DNA of 64,000 nucleotides, taken from the NCBI GenBank assembly GCA_964570855.1, contig CAZMZR010000003.1, positions 4,684-68,683 on the forward strand, in the 5' to 3' direction. Every line of letters begins with the position of its first letter. Within the stretch, counting starts at the first letter, position 1. Of this stretch, positions 1-8,080 are shown in pieces. A program made the translations under genes and the position numbers. Origin of the DNA: an uncultured Pirellulales bacterium (GTDB taxonomy: Bacteria > Planctomycetota > Phycisphaerae > Sedimentisphaerales > Anaerobacaceae). The notes below the pieces were generated by a model. The model was not told the DNA's origin, searched no databases, and was given only the letters and a program-made list of their open reading frames with translations.

Positions 1-1
1 A

Positions 2-382
2 ATGAGCCTGGCTTGGGAAGAGAATATGGATTACCAAACGGCTGCACATTACTGTGCGAGAATTCTTAAAGAACTCATGCCCGTTAGAAAAGGCTGTGTT
101 ATCAATATCAATATCCCCCTGCTGTCAAAAGGCCGGCCGAAAGGTGTAAGATGCGTCCCTCAATCAAGCAAGGGTTTCGATGAGAATTACATCCAACAGA
201 GAAACGAACAAGGGCAAACAGTATTTCAACTGACCGGCAGAGCCCACCTGGCAGATGAGGCACCTGCCGACACAAGATCCCTGGAAGAAGGTTTTATAAC
301 AATTACGGCGTTAACTCCGGATATGACCGACAAAAGAAAAACCAGGGACCTTAAGGCCAACCTCGAAAATTTCGTCCTATAA
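2..382 (+). CDS. surE: 5'/3'-nucleotidase SurE, C-terminal part (5' end outside window)
   Basis: ORF open to the window edge. C-terminal SurE-like block LEEGFITITALTPDMT. Family assignment from recall only. Confidence 0.6.
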   Translation: MSLAWEENMDYQTAAHYCARILKELMPVRKGCVININIPLLSKGRPKGVRCVPQSSKGFDENYIQQRNEQGQTVFQLTGRAHLADEAPADTRSLEEGFITITALTPDMTDKRKTRDLKANLENFVL

Positions 383-386
383 ATCA

Positions 387-415
387 TTGACAATAAACAA
401 TTAATTGGATAGAAT
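387..415 (+). promoter_or_regulatory. sigma-70-type promoter TTGACA-17nt-TAGAAT
   Basis: TTGACA 387-392, 17-nt spacer, TAGAAT 410-415. Lies right after the surE stop and about 150 nt upstream of the CDS at 568. A 7-bp hairpin CAGTATA/TATACTG (425-442) sits near the predicted 5' end. Confidence 0.45.
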
Positions 416-567
416 GGTGTTTTTCAGTATAAAAATATACTGTGATTAGCAAAAATCGTTCACTGTAATAGTATTGTCAATTAGATAATAAACTTAAATT
501 AGTTTCAAATGATAATCATCTTCCTGGAGTATATTTAGAAGATATTCATCCGAAAGGAGATGTAACG

Positions 568-1350
568 ATGAAAAAAAAGGCTTTTACCTTAATAGAGTTA
601 TTAGTTGTAATTGCCATCATAGCTCTCCTAATGGCAATTCTTATGCCTGCCTTACAGAAAGTCAGAGACCAGGCCAAGCGAACGCATTGTGTAGCCAACG
701 TTAGAACTCTGTCTCTGGCATGGACAATGTATACAGATGATAACGACAGCAAGCTGCCCGGAGCAATGATTAATACACAAGAACACGCATGGGTTCAAAG
801 CCCACCCGATAATGCTACTTTAGAGCAAAAGATACAGACCATACGAGATGGTGTAATTTATCCTTACGCGGGCAATACGGTCGAAGTATATCGTTGCCCT
901 GCCGACACAAGGTTGAAAGATCCCAGCCAAGGAGCATATCGTAGCTTTTCAATTGCCAATGGAGCAAATGGAGAAACAAACTGGCCGACTGCTCCCCGAG
1001 GTCATGAAACAGCCAAAAAACATACCGATATCAGAAATCCCGCCGCAAAATATATTTTCCTGGAGGACGTCGATCCCAGAGGCAGCAATGTAGGCTCATG
1101 GCAGATGTACTTCAACCCGCCAGGCTTTATCGACCCCCTGGCAACATGGCATAAAGAACGAACAACTCTTGGTTTTGCAGATGGTCATGCTGATATACAC
1201 AAATGGGATGATCCGACCTTTATCGATTGGACGGAGCAGGCCATGTATGGACCGCCAGCGAGGTTCCAATTTGACCTGGTAGCCCCAAGTGACGAAATAA
1301 CAGATCTCAATTTCTTAGCTAATGGATTCCCATGCAAGTCGCATAATTAA
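568..1350 (+). CDS. prepilin-type N-terminal cleavage/methylation domain protein, H-X9-DG (DUF1559-type) pseudopilin
   Basis: N-terminus MKKKAFTLIELLVVIAIIALLMAILMP (type IV pilin-like leader plus hydrophobic helix). C-terminal H-KERTTLGFA-DG matches the H-X9-DG motif. RBS AAGGAG 554-559. Confidence 0.85.
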   Translation: MKKKAFTLIELLVVIAIIALLMAILMPALQKVRDQAKRTHCVANVRTLSLAWTMYTDDNDSKLPGAMINTQEHAWVQSPPDNATLEQKIQTIRDGVIYPYAGNTVEVYRCPADTRLKDPSQGAYRSFSIANGANGETNWPTAPRGHETAKKHTDIRNPAAKYIFLEDVDPRGSNVGSWQMYFNPPGFIDPLATWHKERTTLGFADGHADIHKWDDPTFIDWTEQAMYGPPARFQFDLVAPSDEITDLNFLANGFPCKSHN

Positions 1351-1513
1351 GTTTAGATCCAGATGTACAAGCAATCGGATTCGGAAGAATAGACACAAAA
1401 GAACATTTATTGAGATTTCTATAATTCCACAGTTTTCTCTATTAATGTATAATACATAGAATGCAGGGACTTTAATCGGTACCAATAATCGGCTCATATT
1501 CAGAGGTTGGTAA

Positions 1514-2092
1514 ATGTTCGATATATTTGAACAGCCGTGGACATTAGTTGGTGCCGCAATCCTGATTCTTTTTGGAATATTGACATTCCGCAGTATCTTT
1601 CCTGAAAAAAGACATTGGTGGCAATGGCTGTTTCCGATTATCATTGTTGCTGCGAGTTTCGGGACGGATTACCTCATAAAGACCGACCACGAAAAAATCA
1701 ATTCCGTCATCAATGCCGGTATGAAAGCCGTTAAGAATAAGGATTATCGTACGATCGAAACTATCGTTGCCGATAATTATAGTGATTCACTTCACAATTC
1801 CAAAGCAAGCTTAATGACACACTGCAGGCAGAAATTATCTCAGAACCTGGTGGAGAAAAACAAAAAAACCGGTCAACTAATAACCATATCCGGACGGAAC
1901 GCAACGGCAATCATATTTCTTACAATGACCTTCACAAAGGACAGTTACATCTCCCAAAACTATCTATCATTTCTCCAGATGAAAGTTGAATTGTACCTGC
2001 AAAAGCAATCCGATAATAATGAATGGCTCATCACCCGCGTTGAAATTCGTGAAATAAACAGACAACAAGTTAGTTGGAGCCAAACACGATAA
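1514..2092 (+). CDS. hypothetical membrane-anchored protein
   Basis: Two N-terminal hydrophobic segments (WTLVGAAILILFGILTF, WWQWLFPIIIVAASF) followed by a soluble domain of about 130 aa. No motif recognised. Confidence 0.5.
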   Translation: MFDIFEQPWTLVGAAILILFGILTFRSIFPEKRHWWQWLFPIIIVAASFGTDYLIKTDHEKINSVINAGMKAVKNKDYRTIETIVADNYSDSLHNSKASLMTHCRQKLSQNLVEKNKKTGQLITISGRNATAIIFLTMTFTKDSYISQNYLSFLQMKVELYLQKQSDNNEWLITRVEIREINRQQVSWSQTR

Positions 2093-2179
2093 ATAGGATA
2101 CAAAAACCGCATACTCCTTTCTTTGCATACTTTTAGAACAGCCCTTTAAAGTCCCACCTACCAACTCAAGCAAATTTCC

Positions 2180-2207
2180 AAAAGTTGCCACTTAAATTAG
2201 CCGATAG
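2180..2207 (+). promoter_or_regulatory. possible sigma-28 (FliA)-type promoter AAAAGTTG-N12-GCCGATAG (orphan)
   Basis: 6/8 and 7/8 matches to TAAAGTTT / GCCGATAA, but the spacer is 12 rather than 11 nt. No annotated gene lies downstream on this strand. Confidence 0.25.
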
Positions 2208-2589
2208 GAGGAGGGTGATGTTTCTATCATCTTCCTGATTAAGGCTTTGATTGCTATGTTCTTAAAATTGAACAAAAACAAATTAATCCTAAAACCCAAG
2301 CTGTTTACAATTCTCTGGTATCCAAGCAATCGAAGCTGTGTAAATTCGGGGAGCCGAAGGATAAAACCTCAACAGATGCCGCCATTGATGGTTCGTAAGG
2401 CTGAATGGCGCCGATAAAATATAAATCAGCACGATTCGTATCGCAGTTTTAATCCCATCAAGAACATATATAGTGTAATAATCCTCTATTAAAAAAGATT
2501 ACCAGAAAGTTAAAAAGATGGATTCAAATGATACAATCTATTTTAGATGTAATTGAAAAGCGAGAATCAAGCGACCTTTTCTGACAATA

Positions 2590-3672
2590 CTAATGATCAT
2601 TATCCATAAATCCAAAGATTCTAACGGTGTTTTTACCAGCCTGCTTTGCTGCATATAGAGCCTCATCAGACCGACTTGTGATGTCTTCAGGAGTATTGTC
2701 AGCATCATATTGTGAAAGGCCGACACTGATAGAAAGTGCAACCTGGTCCTTATTCCAATTCATAGGAGAACCGGCTACCGCCTCGACCATACGCTGAGCC
2801 ACAACATTGGCACCATCAAGAGCAGTATTAAGCAATATAACTGCAAATTCATCACCGCCATATCTGGCAGCGGTATCAATTTGCCTGATACATTCTTTTA
2901 TCCTCCTGCTGATTTCACAAATGGCCTTGTCGCCAGCTCTGTGCCCATATACATCGTTTATCTTCTTGAGATTGTCAACATCCACCATAATCAGAGAGAT
3001 TTTTCCGCCATATCGACGTGATCGCCATAATTCTTTTTCCAGAATTTCATAAAAAGTCTTATGGTTGACAAGGCCTGTCAAGCCGTCCGTTGTAGCCTGG
3101 CGCTGTATCTTTTCGAACAACTTTACGTTGCCTATGGATGCTCCGACCAACTGGCTAAATAGCTCTATTAGCGCTATATCTCCAGAATTAAAAGATTCAC
3201 CTTTAATCTTATCCGCCAAATTGAGAACACCAACAACTCTGTCCTGGCAAATTAAAGGAACAATTGCACAATTATTAGTCCTATAATTATCAGAGAATGC
3301 ACGTTGCGATTTTCTAATAACAGGCTTCTTGTGTGTGTCTATATCTCCAACCAATATTAACTCTTTGCTTCTTACGGCCATAACCATAAGAGATGCCGGA
3401 GTTTGACTCAAAGACACAATTTTATTGATGAGAAACGGATGATTGTGTTTATAAAGGTGTAAAATATTGCTTTTTTCATCGAGTATATATAGTGATGCGT
3501 ACCGTATAGAAACCAACTTGGGTATATTTTTTATGCATACATCTGCAATTCGATCAATATCAAGGCAGTTTATCTGACGAGCCAAAGGAGTCACTTGCTC
3601 AAGAAGAGAAAGACCACCATTGTAATTATTTTCTGTGCTACCGAAATTATTATCGGTCTGATCCATAAGCAA
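2590..3672 (-). CDS. GAF domain-containing diguanylate cyclase (GGDEF) with RxxD I-site
   Basis: C-terminal GGDEF domain (RYGGDEFAVIL). RQID lies exactly 5 residues upstream, which is the I-site position. N-terminal GAF-like region. Confidence 0.85.
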   Translation of the reverse strand: MLMDQTDNNFGSTENNYNGGLSLLEQVTPLARQINCLDIDRIADVCIKNIPKLVSIRYASLYILDEKSNILHLYKHNHPFLINKIVSLSQTPASLMVMAVRSKELILVGDIDTHKKPVIRKSQRAFSDNYRTNNCAIVPLICQDRVVGVLNLADKIKGESFNSGDIALIELFSQLVGASIGNVKLFEKIQRQATTDGLTGLVNHKTFYEILEKELWRSRRYGGKISLIMVDVDNLKKINDVYGHRAGDKAICEISRRIKECIRQIDTAARYGGDEFAVILLNTALDGANVVAQRMVEAVAGSPMNWNKDQVALSISVGLSQYDADNTPEDITSRSDEALYAAKQAGKNTVRIFGFMDNDH

Positions 3673-4222
3673 AAATACACACTTTTATTGCATATAATCA
3701 ATTCTATACAACAACACAATCTTATCAATTTTTGTATCGGATGTTTTTTAAGGCCCATTTGGTAAAAAAGTATTATTTCAACGTTTAAAATGGCCTGGAA
3801 ATGCAACTTTTCAGAAGAATCTATCCTTATTAATAAAGAAAGCATCCAACTTTTAAGCTATTGAGATTTTACATGTCTATCTCTACGTTTTCGGAGGTTA
3901 GTGAAAGGGCGATTTATAAAAATATGAATTAATTCTTTAAAAATTTCATAAAAAAAGTTGACTAATATAAAATCATGTTTTACATTTTATAAAATATATT
4001 ATAGAATTTTAGCCGTTTAAGAATCTTTTATCGATTGTTGAGAGTGAATCAATGAACTTTTCCTTTAGAAAACAATACGAATTGATATCAACCAATCGAT
4101 GCAGAATCTCATACTTTTTTACCCGTAAATATCGTTTTGTAACTTATTCATATTGCTTTCAAGCTCACGATATCACTGATGACGCAATGCATATGATGAC
4201 TTTGGATAAATAGCCCGAACAA

Positions 4223-4501
4223 ATGCAACAAGAAGTTAAAACCGAAACCATGAAAATACCAACGAAGCTTTATCGAATCGGCGAATTAGTAGCCTATACC
4301 CCCTTCTCACGACAGACTATACATAACTATACGATAATGGGTCTCATTCAGGAAGCAAAATGGACCGATGGCGGTCATCGTTTGTACGATGAATCCGTAT
4401 TTGAAAGGCTTTCACAAATCATCCAGCTTAGGAAAAAAAAGACTCTTATGGAAATAAGAGAAATTTTTTCCAAAGAAAAAATAAGGAAACAAAAAGAATA
4501 A
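4223..4501 (+). CDS. MerR-family HTH transcriptional regulator (short, DNA-binding domain only)
   Basis: YRIGELVAYTPFSRQTIHNYTIMGLI...GGHRLYDESVFERL is a typical MerR winged HTH. The start could instead be the internal MKIPTK (4250). Confidence 0.7.
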   Translation: MQQEVKTETMKIPTKLYRIGELVAYTPFSRQTIHNYTIMGLIQEAKWTDGGHRLYDESVFERLSQIIQLRKKKTLMEIREIFSKEKIRKQKE

Positions 4502-4723
4502 TTTCTCGCATAAAAGTAAGAGCAAAATAGTTTTAGCTTTATATCGACTTGCTTTTATTAAAAATAAAAATTTGTAGAAAGAAACGAAAGGATCAAGGAT
4601 GATAAATTCGGTTTCGCTTTTAACATATCTTCTTTCCTTTTCCAGCTTCGTTTTTACCTGTAATGAAGGAACTTTTATATGGAGCTGCTTGTAAAATAAT
4701 ACCCCCGATAGGAAGGATAGTTT

Positions 4724-5140
4724 ATGAATCTGACATCATTGATAACAGATAATATTTCTGAAATACTGAAGAAGATAATAGAATTCACACAAGCTCGCCA
4801 AAAAATTCTCGCTCAAAACATAACGAATCTGAACATGCCGGGTTTTATACCTAAAGAGTTGGAGGTGAATGAGTTTTCCGACTTGTTACACAACGCTATT
4901 GACGAGCATATAAGATCTCAGCGCCTCATTTTACAAGATAGCGAAAATATCAAATTCGGTTTAAGTGGCAGCTTTGTGGCAAACCCGGTTAACGATGAAA
5001 CCAGCAAAGAACTCCTTGAAGAAAACAGAGACGAATATATTGAATTACAAGTCAACAAGCTTTGGGAAAATTCCCTAAACCAAAAAATGGCAGCAGAATT
5101 GCTCAAACAGAAACAAGATTTTATCCTAAGCAATTATTAA
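4724..5140 (+). CDS. flgB: flagellar basal-body rod protein FlgB-like
   Basis: 138 aa. The N-terminal block ILAQNITNLNMPGFIPKE resembles the rod-protein signature (N-I-A-N-x-x-T-P-G-Y). Lies beside fliA. Confidence 0.5.
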   Translation: MNLTSLITDNISEILKKIIEFTQARQKILAQNITNLNMPGFIPKELEVNEFSDLLHNAIDEHIRSQRLILQDSENIKFGLSGSFVANPVNDETSKELLEENRDEYIELQVNKLWENSLNQKMAAELLKQKQDFILSNY

Positions 5141-5346
5141 ATATTTCGAGAAATAACACATTAATTCAGGGATTGTGTTTACAGAAAATAAAATATTAAG
5201 GATCGGCGAGTATTTTAATAAGTCGGAAACAATTTTAATTAGAGAGGATTTATTATAAGCCTATCCTGATATCCTTATGAATATTGATACTATTTATGAT
5301 TTTTCGTTTTTAATTAAGTTTTTGGCAAAATCTGTCGGGGGTCCTG

Positions 5347-5373
5347 TAAAGTTATCGGCTTAAAAGTCGATAA
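5347..5373 (+). promoter_or_regulatory. sigma-28 (FliA)-type promoter TAAAGTTA-N11-GTCGATAA
   Basis: 7/8 plus 7/8 match to TAAAGTTT-N11-GCCGATAA with the exact 11-nt spacer. Lies 75 nt upstream of the fliA GTG start. Confidence 0.55.
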
Positions 5374-5447
5374 GTAGTTGAGAGGCTTGTTGTAATCTGA
5401 GGATCTGTACTATTGTTTAGCACAATTTCTTTTCATGGAGGAATACT

Positions 5448-6227
5448 GTGAAGACCGAACAAGAACTCAATATCGACCAAATATGGGAGAATTTTTATAA
5501 AAACCGGGCTGACCAATATCGCAACCTGCTTATGGAACATTACCGGAGCCTTGTCAGATATTGTGCAGAACGATTACATAGCAAATTGCCCGATAAAGTT
5601 GAGTTGGACGATCTTATCAGCGCCGGTAATTTCGGACTTATGGATGCCATTGATGCGTTCGACCCGAATCGCGGCGTAAAATTTGAGACATACTGCTCAC
5701 CCCGTATCAGAGGCTCTATTCTCGATGAGCTTAGGAGCATGGATTGGGTTCCGCGTTTAGTCCGAGCGAGAGCACACCAGCTTTCAAGAGCCACACATTC
5801 ACTCGAAACACACCTTGGTCGCAAACCAACTCAAAAGGAACTCGCCGAAGAGCTGGAGATGGATATGGATGAGTTCAACAGACTTCAGCGAGATGCCAAT
5901 GCAGTCAGCCTGGTTTCTCTCACCACAAAATACAACGAAGGCGATGGTGAAAAAGATATTCGTGAAATAGATGTTATTAAAGATGAGAGAAGTAAAAATC
6001 CTGTAATCGAAGCTCAAAAGCGAGATCTAAAGAACCTTCTAACAAAAGGCCTGACTCGTGCGGAACGTCTTATAATTGTCTTGTATTACTACGAAGAAAT
6101 GACAATGAAGGAAATTGGCGCAACGCTCGACTTATCCGAATCACGAGTCTCACAGATGCACTCATCTATTATTGCACGTCTAAAAGCTCAGATGAATACT
6201 CGAAAAAAGGAGTTCTCAGTTGAATGA
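5448..6227 (+). CDS. fliA: RNA polymerase sigma factor FliA/WhiG (sigma-28)
   Basis: Regions 2-4 of a group-3 sigma (GNFGLMDAIDAFDP, MTMKEIGATLDLSESRVSQMHSSIIARLK). GTG start with RBS GGAGGA 5437-5442. Confidence 0.9.
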   Translation: MKTEQELNIDQIWENFYKNRADQYRNLLMEHYRSLVRYCAERLHSKLPDKVELDDLISAGNFGLMDAIDAFDPNRGVKFETYCSPRIRGSILDELRSMDWVPRLVRARAHQLSRATHSLETHLGRKPTQKELAEELEMDMDEFNRLQRDANAVSLVSLTTKYNEGDGEKDIREIDVIKDERSKNPVIEAQKRDLKNLLTKGLTRAERLIIVLYYYEEMTMKEIGATLDLSESRVSQMHSSIIARLKAQMNTRKKEFSVE

Positions 6228-6441
6228 TAATCTATTCGCTAACTCTTGTGATAATCAAAAAAATCTCTCTCTTACCTGATATACACCACTAGAAATTCTT
6301 ATCATCCATATATTCAACCTGGTTATTGAATTTTTGCACATAATCAGGCTTTTTGCGTAGATTTTACATACTTTTCCAAACAGATTTGATTTTCCCGGTA
6401 TTTTCCTTATACTAAATTGCTTTCTTAAAAGGAGATTCATC

Positions 6442-7341
6442 ATGAAATTTACTAAAATGCATGGTTTAGGCAACGATTATATCTATGTCAATTGTTTCAA
6501 TGAAACAGTTGAGAACCCGGAAGAGCTTGCCAAAATCGTCAGCGATAGGCATCGTGGAATCGGTGCTGATGGATTGATTCTTATAATACCCTCAAATACC
6601 GCTGATGTTAAGATGCGTATTTTCAACGCAGACGGCTCCGAAGCCGAGATGTGTGGTAACGGCATCCGATGTGTCGCAAAATACGCTTACGAACATAAAT
6701 TAATAACAGCCGGTGAATCATATTCGGTTCCCGGACAAATGTCTTTCCCTGCTTCAATAAACATAGAAACCGGTAATGGAATCCTAACTGTGGGACTGAT
6801 GGTCGATGAAAACGATACAGTACGCAAGGTTTGCGTGAACATGGGTCAGCCGATTTTGTCGCCAAACAAAATTCCTGTTGATATAACGGGCGAAACAGTG
6901 ATAGAACGGCAAATATCTATATCAGGGGAAGAATTATCGATGACATGTGTATCAATGGGTAATCCACATGCAGTCTTTTTCTGTGATGATGTAGCTTCAA
7001 TTGAGTTGAAAAAACTCGGACCGGCTATTGAAAACCATAGCCTGTTCCCTAACAGAATCAACGTCCATTTTGTTCAGATTAATAAACCTTCGGAATTTAT
7101 TATGAGGACATGGGAGCGAGGCAGCGGAATAACAATGGCCTGCGGTACCGGTGCCTGTGCCTGCTGTGTTGCTTCAGTACTCACCGGAAGGCAGGAACGT
7201 GTATGCATCGGCCACTTACCAGGCGGTGATCTTGCCTTAAACTGGTTCGAGGCAGATAATTGTGTATATATGACAGGACCTGCTGTGGAAGTCTATGAAG
7301 GTATTTGGCCCGGAAATTCATGCTCACATACAAAGCCTTAA
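6442..7341 (+). CDS. dapF: diaminopimelate epimerase
   Basis: MKFTKMHGLGNDYIYV N-terminus. Catalytic Cys motifs CGNGIRC and ACGTGACA. RBS AAGGAG upstream. Confidence 0.9.
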   Translation: MKFTKMHGLGNDYIYVNCFNETVENPEELAKIVSDRHRGIGADGLILIIPSNTADVKMRIFNADGSEAEMCGNGIRCVAKYAYEHKLITAGESYSVPGQMSFPASINIETGNGILTVGLMVDENDTVRKVCVNMGQPILSPNKIPVDITGETVIERQISISGEELSMTCVSMGNPHAVFFCDDVASIELKKLGPAIENHSLFPNRINVHFVQINKPSEFIMRTWERGSGITMACGTGACACCVASVLTGRQERVCIGHLPGGDLALNWFEADNCVYMTGPAVEVYEGIWPGNSCSHTKP

Positions 7342-7677
7342 AGGTCGGCAAAATTCCACGGCTACTCCAAATCTCTGAGATGGTCTATTTCCATAACCAC
7401 CCGAATCATCAGTATCCTCTGTTCTCAATACTTTTGCATAACCTGCTATTTTACCCCCGAATTCAAGCAGCCCGTGAGTTGGTGGTATCCTTAAATTTAC
7501 TTTTAATAAATCGCCTGGTTTGTATGCATTCGAGTCGGTCTTAAAATATAAACCGCCGGGACAAAGATTAACGGTACAACCAGCCTGATATTGTTCCTTT
7601 AATGAACCAACTTGAACACAGGAAATGTCAAACTTCACTCCCAAACGTTTAAATTTTCGTTCTTCGGATCCTTCCAT
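7324..7677 (-). CDS. PilZ domain protein (c-di-GMP receptor candidate)
   Basis: RKFKR (RxxxR) followed by NLCPGG (variant of D/NxSxxG). 117 aa. RBS GGAGG. Its 3' end overlaps the dapF 3' end by 18 nt. Confidence 0.65.
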   Translation of the reverse strand: MEGSEERKFKRLGVKFDISCVQVGSLKEQYQAGCTVNLCPGGLYFKTDSNAYKPGDLLKVNLRIPPTHGLLEFGGKIAGYAKVLRTEDTDDSGGYGNRPSQRFGVAVEFCRPLRLCM

Positions 7678-7871
7678 TGAATACCTCCATGCAAAATCCT
7701 TTATAATCTATCATCCACATTGAATTACAATAATATAAAGAGCAAAACTTATTCCAAAACACTTTCATGTTAATACCCCATTTTAACTTCCACAAGTCCA
7801 TCAGCAGTATAAGGTTATGGATATTATTAATAAGATAAGATATATATACATTTATTTAATTAGTAGAGGAC

Positions 7872-7887
7872 GTTGATATATATCAAC
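7872..7887. promoter_or_regulatory. perfect 16-bp palindrome GTTGATATATATCAAC (operator-like)
   Basis: Read directly. Lies in the divergent PilZ / histidine-kinase intergenic region. Confidence 0.4.
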
Positions 7888-7889
7888 AA

Positions 7890-7990
7890 CAAGCTTTGTC
7901 TTAATTGCTTTTCTTCGTAATTTCTTTATAAATTATCAAGCTTTAGTTGCTTATTTTATAGAATGTTATGTGTTTTTGCTAAACAAGCTT
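7890..7990. repeat. three CAAGCTT heptamers at exact 47-bp phasing (7890, 7937, 7984)
   Basis: Read directly. Copies 1 and 2 extend to CAAGCTTT and both are followed by TTGCTT. Confidence 0.5.
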
Positions 7991-8020
7991 CCCTCGCTGT
8001 CCGAGAAAAGTAACGTAGAT

Positions 8021-8036
8021 GTTGTTATTTATCAAC
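8021..8036. promoter_or_regulatory. second GTTG-N8-CAAC site (GTTGTTATTTATCAAC)
   Basis: Same outer half-sites and length as 7872-7887. Ends 9 nt upstream of the -35 hexamer at 8045. Confidence 0.35.
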
Positions 8037-8044
8037 ACGAGTAC

Positions 8045-8073
8045 TTGACAGTATAACACAAAGAGCATATTAT
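8045..8073 (+). promoter_or_regulatory. sigma-70-type promoter TTGACA-17nt-TATTAT
   Basis: TTGACA 8045-8050, 17-nt spacer, TATTAT 8068-8073. The ATG of the kinase gene is at 8081, only 8 nt after the -10. Confidence 0.5.
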
Positions 8074-8080
8074 CATAACT

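Noticed and set aside
1315-1644. 109-aa minus-strand ORF spanning the 1351-1513 gap
   Set aside because: It overlaps the ends of two plus-strand genes and has no RBS. Its composition is Ile/Asn-rich, as expected from AT-rich non-coding sequence.
3791-3805. Sigma-54-like TGGCCTGGAAATGCA, looked for because an NtrC-type activator is present
   Set aside because: The GG-to-GC spacing is one nt shorter than in TGGCAC-N5-TTGC, and the element is about 420 nt from the next plus-strand gene. Similar near-misses occur at 34645-34659 (TGGCAC-N5-CGCA, on the DksA start codon) and 36841-36855. I could not support any sigma-54 promoter in this window.
4052-4213. 53-codon ORF (MNFSFRKQYELISTNRCRISYFFTRKYRF...) upstream of the MerR gene
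   Set aside because: No Shine-Dalgarno and an aromatic/basic composition typical of AT-rich spacer. Not enough support to call it, though small-protein proteomics could revisit it.
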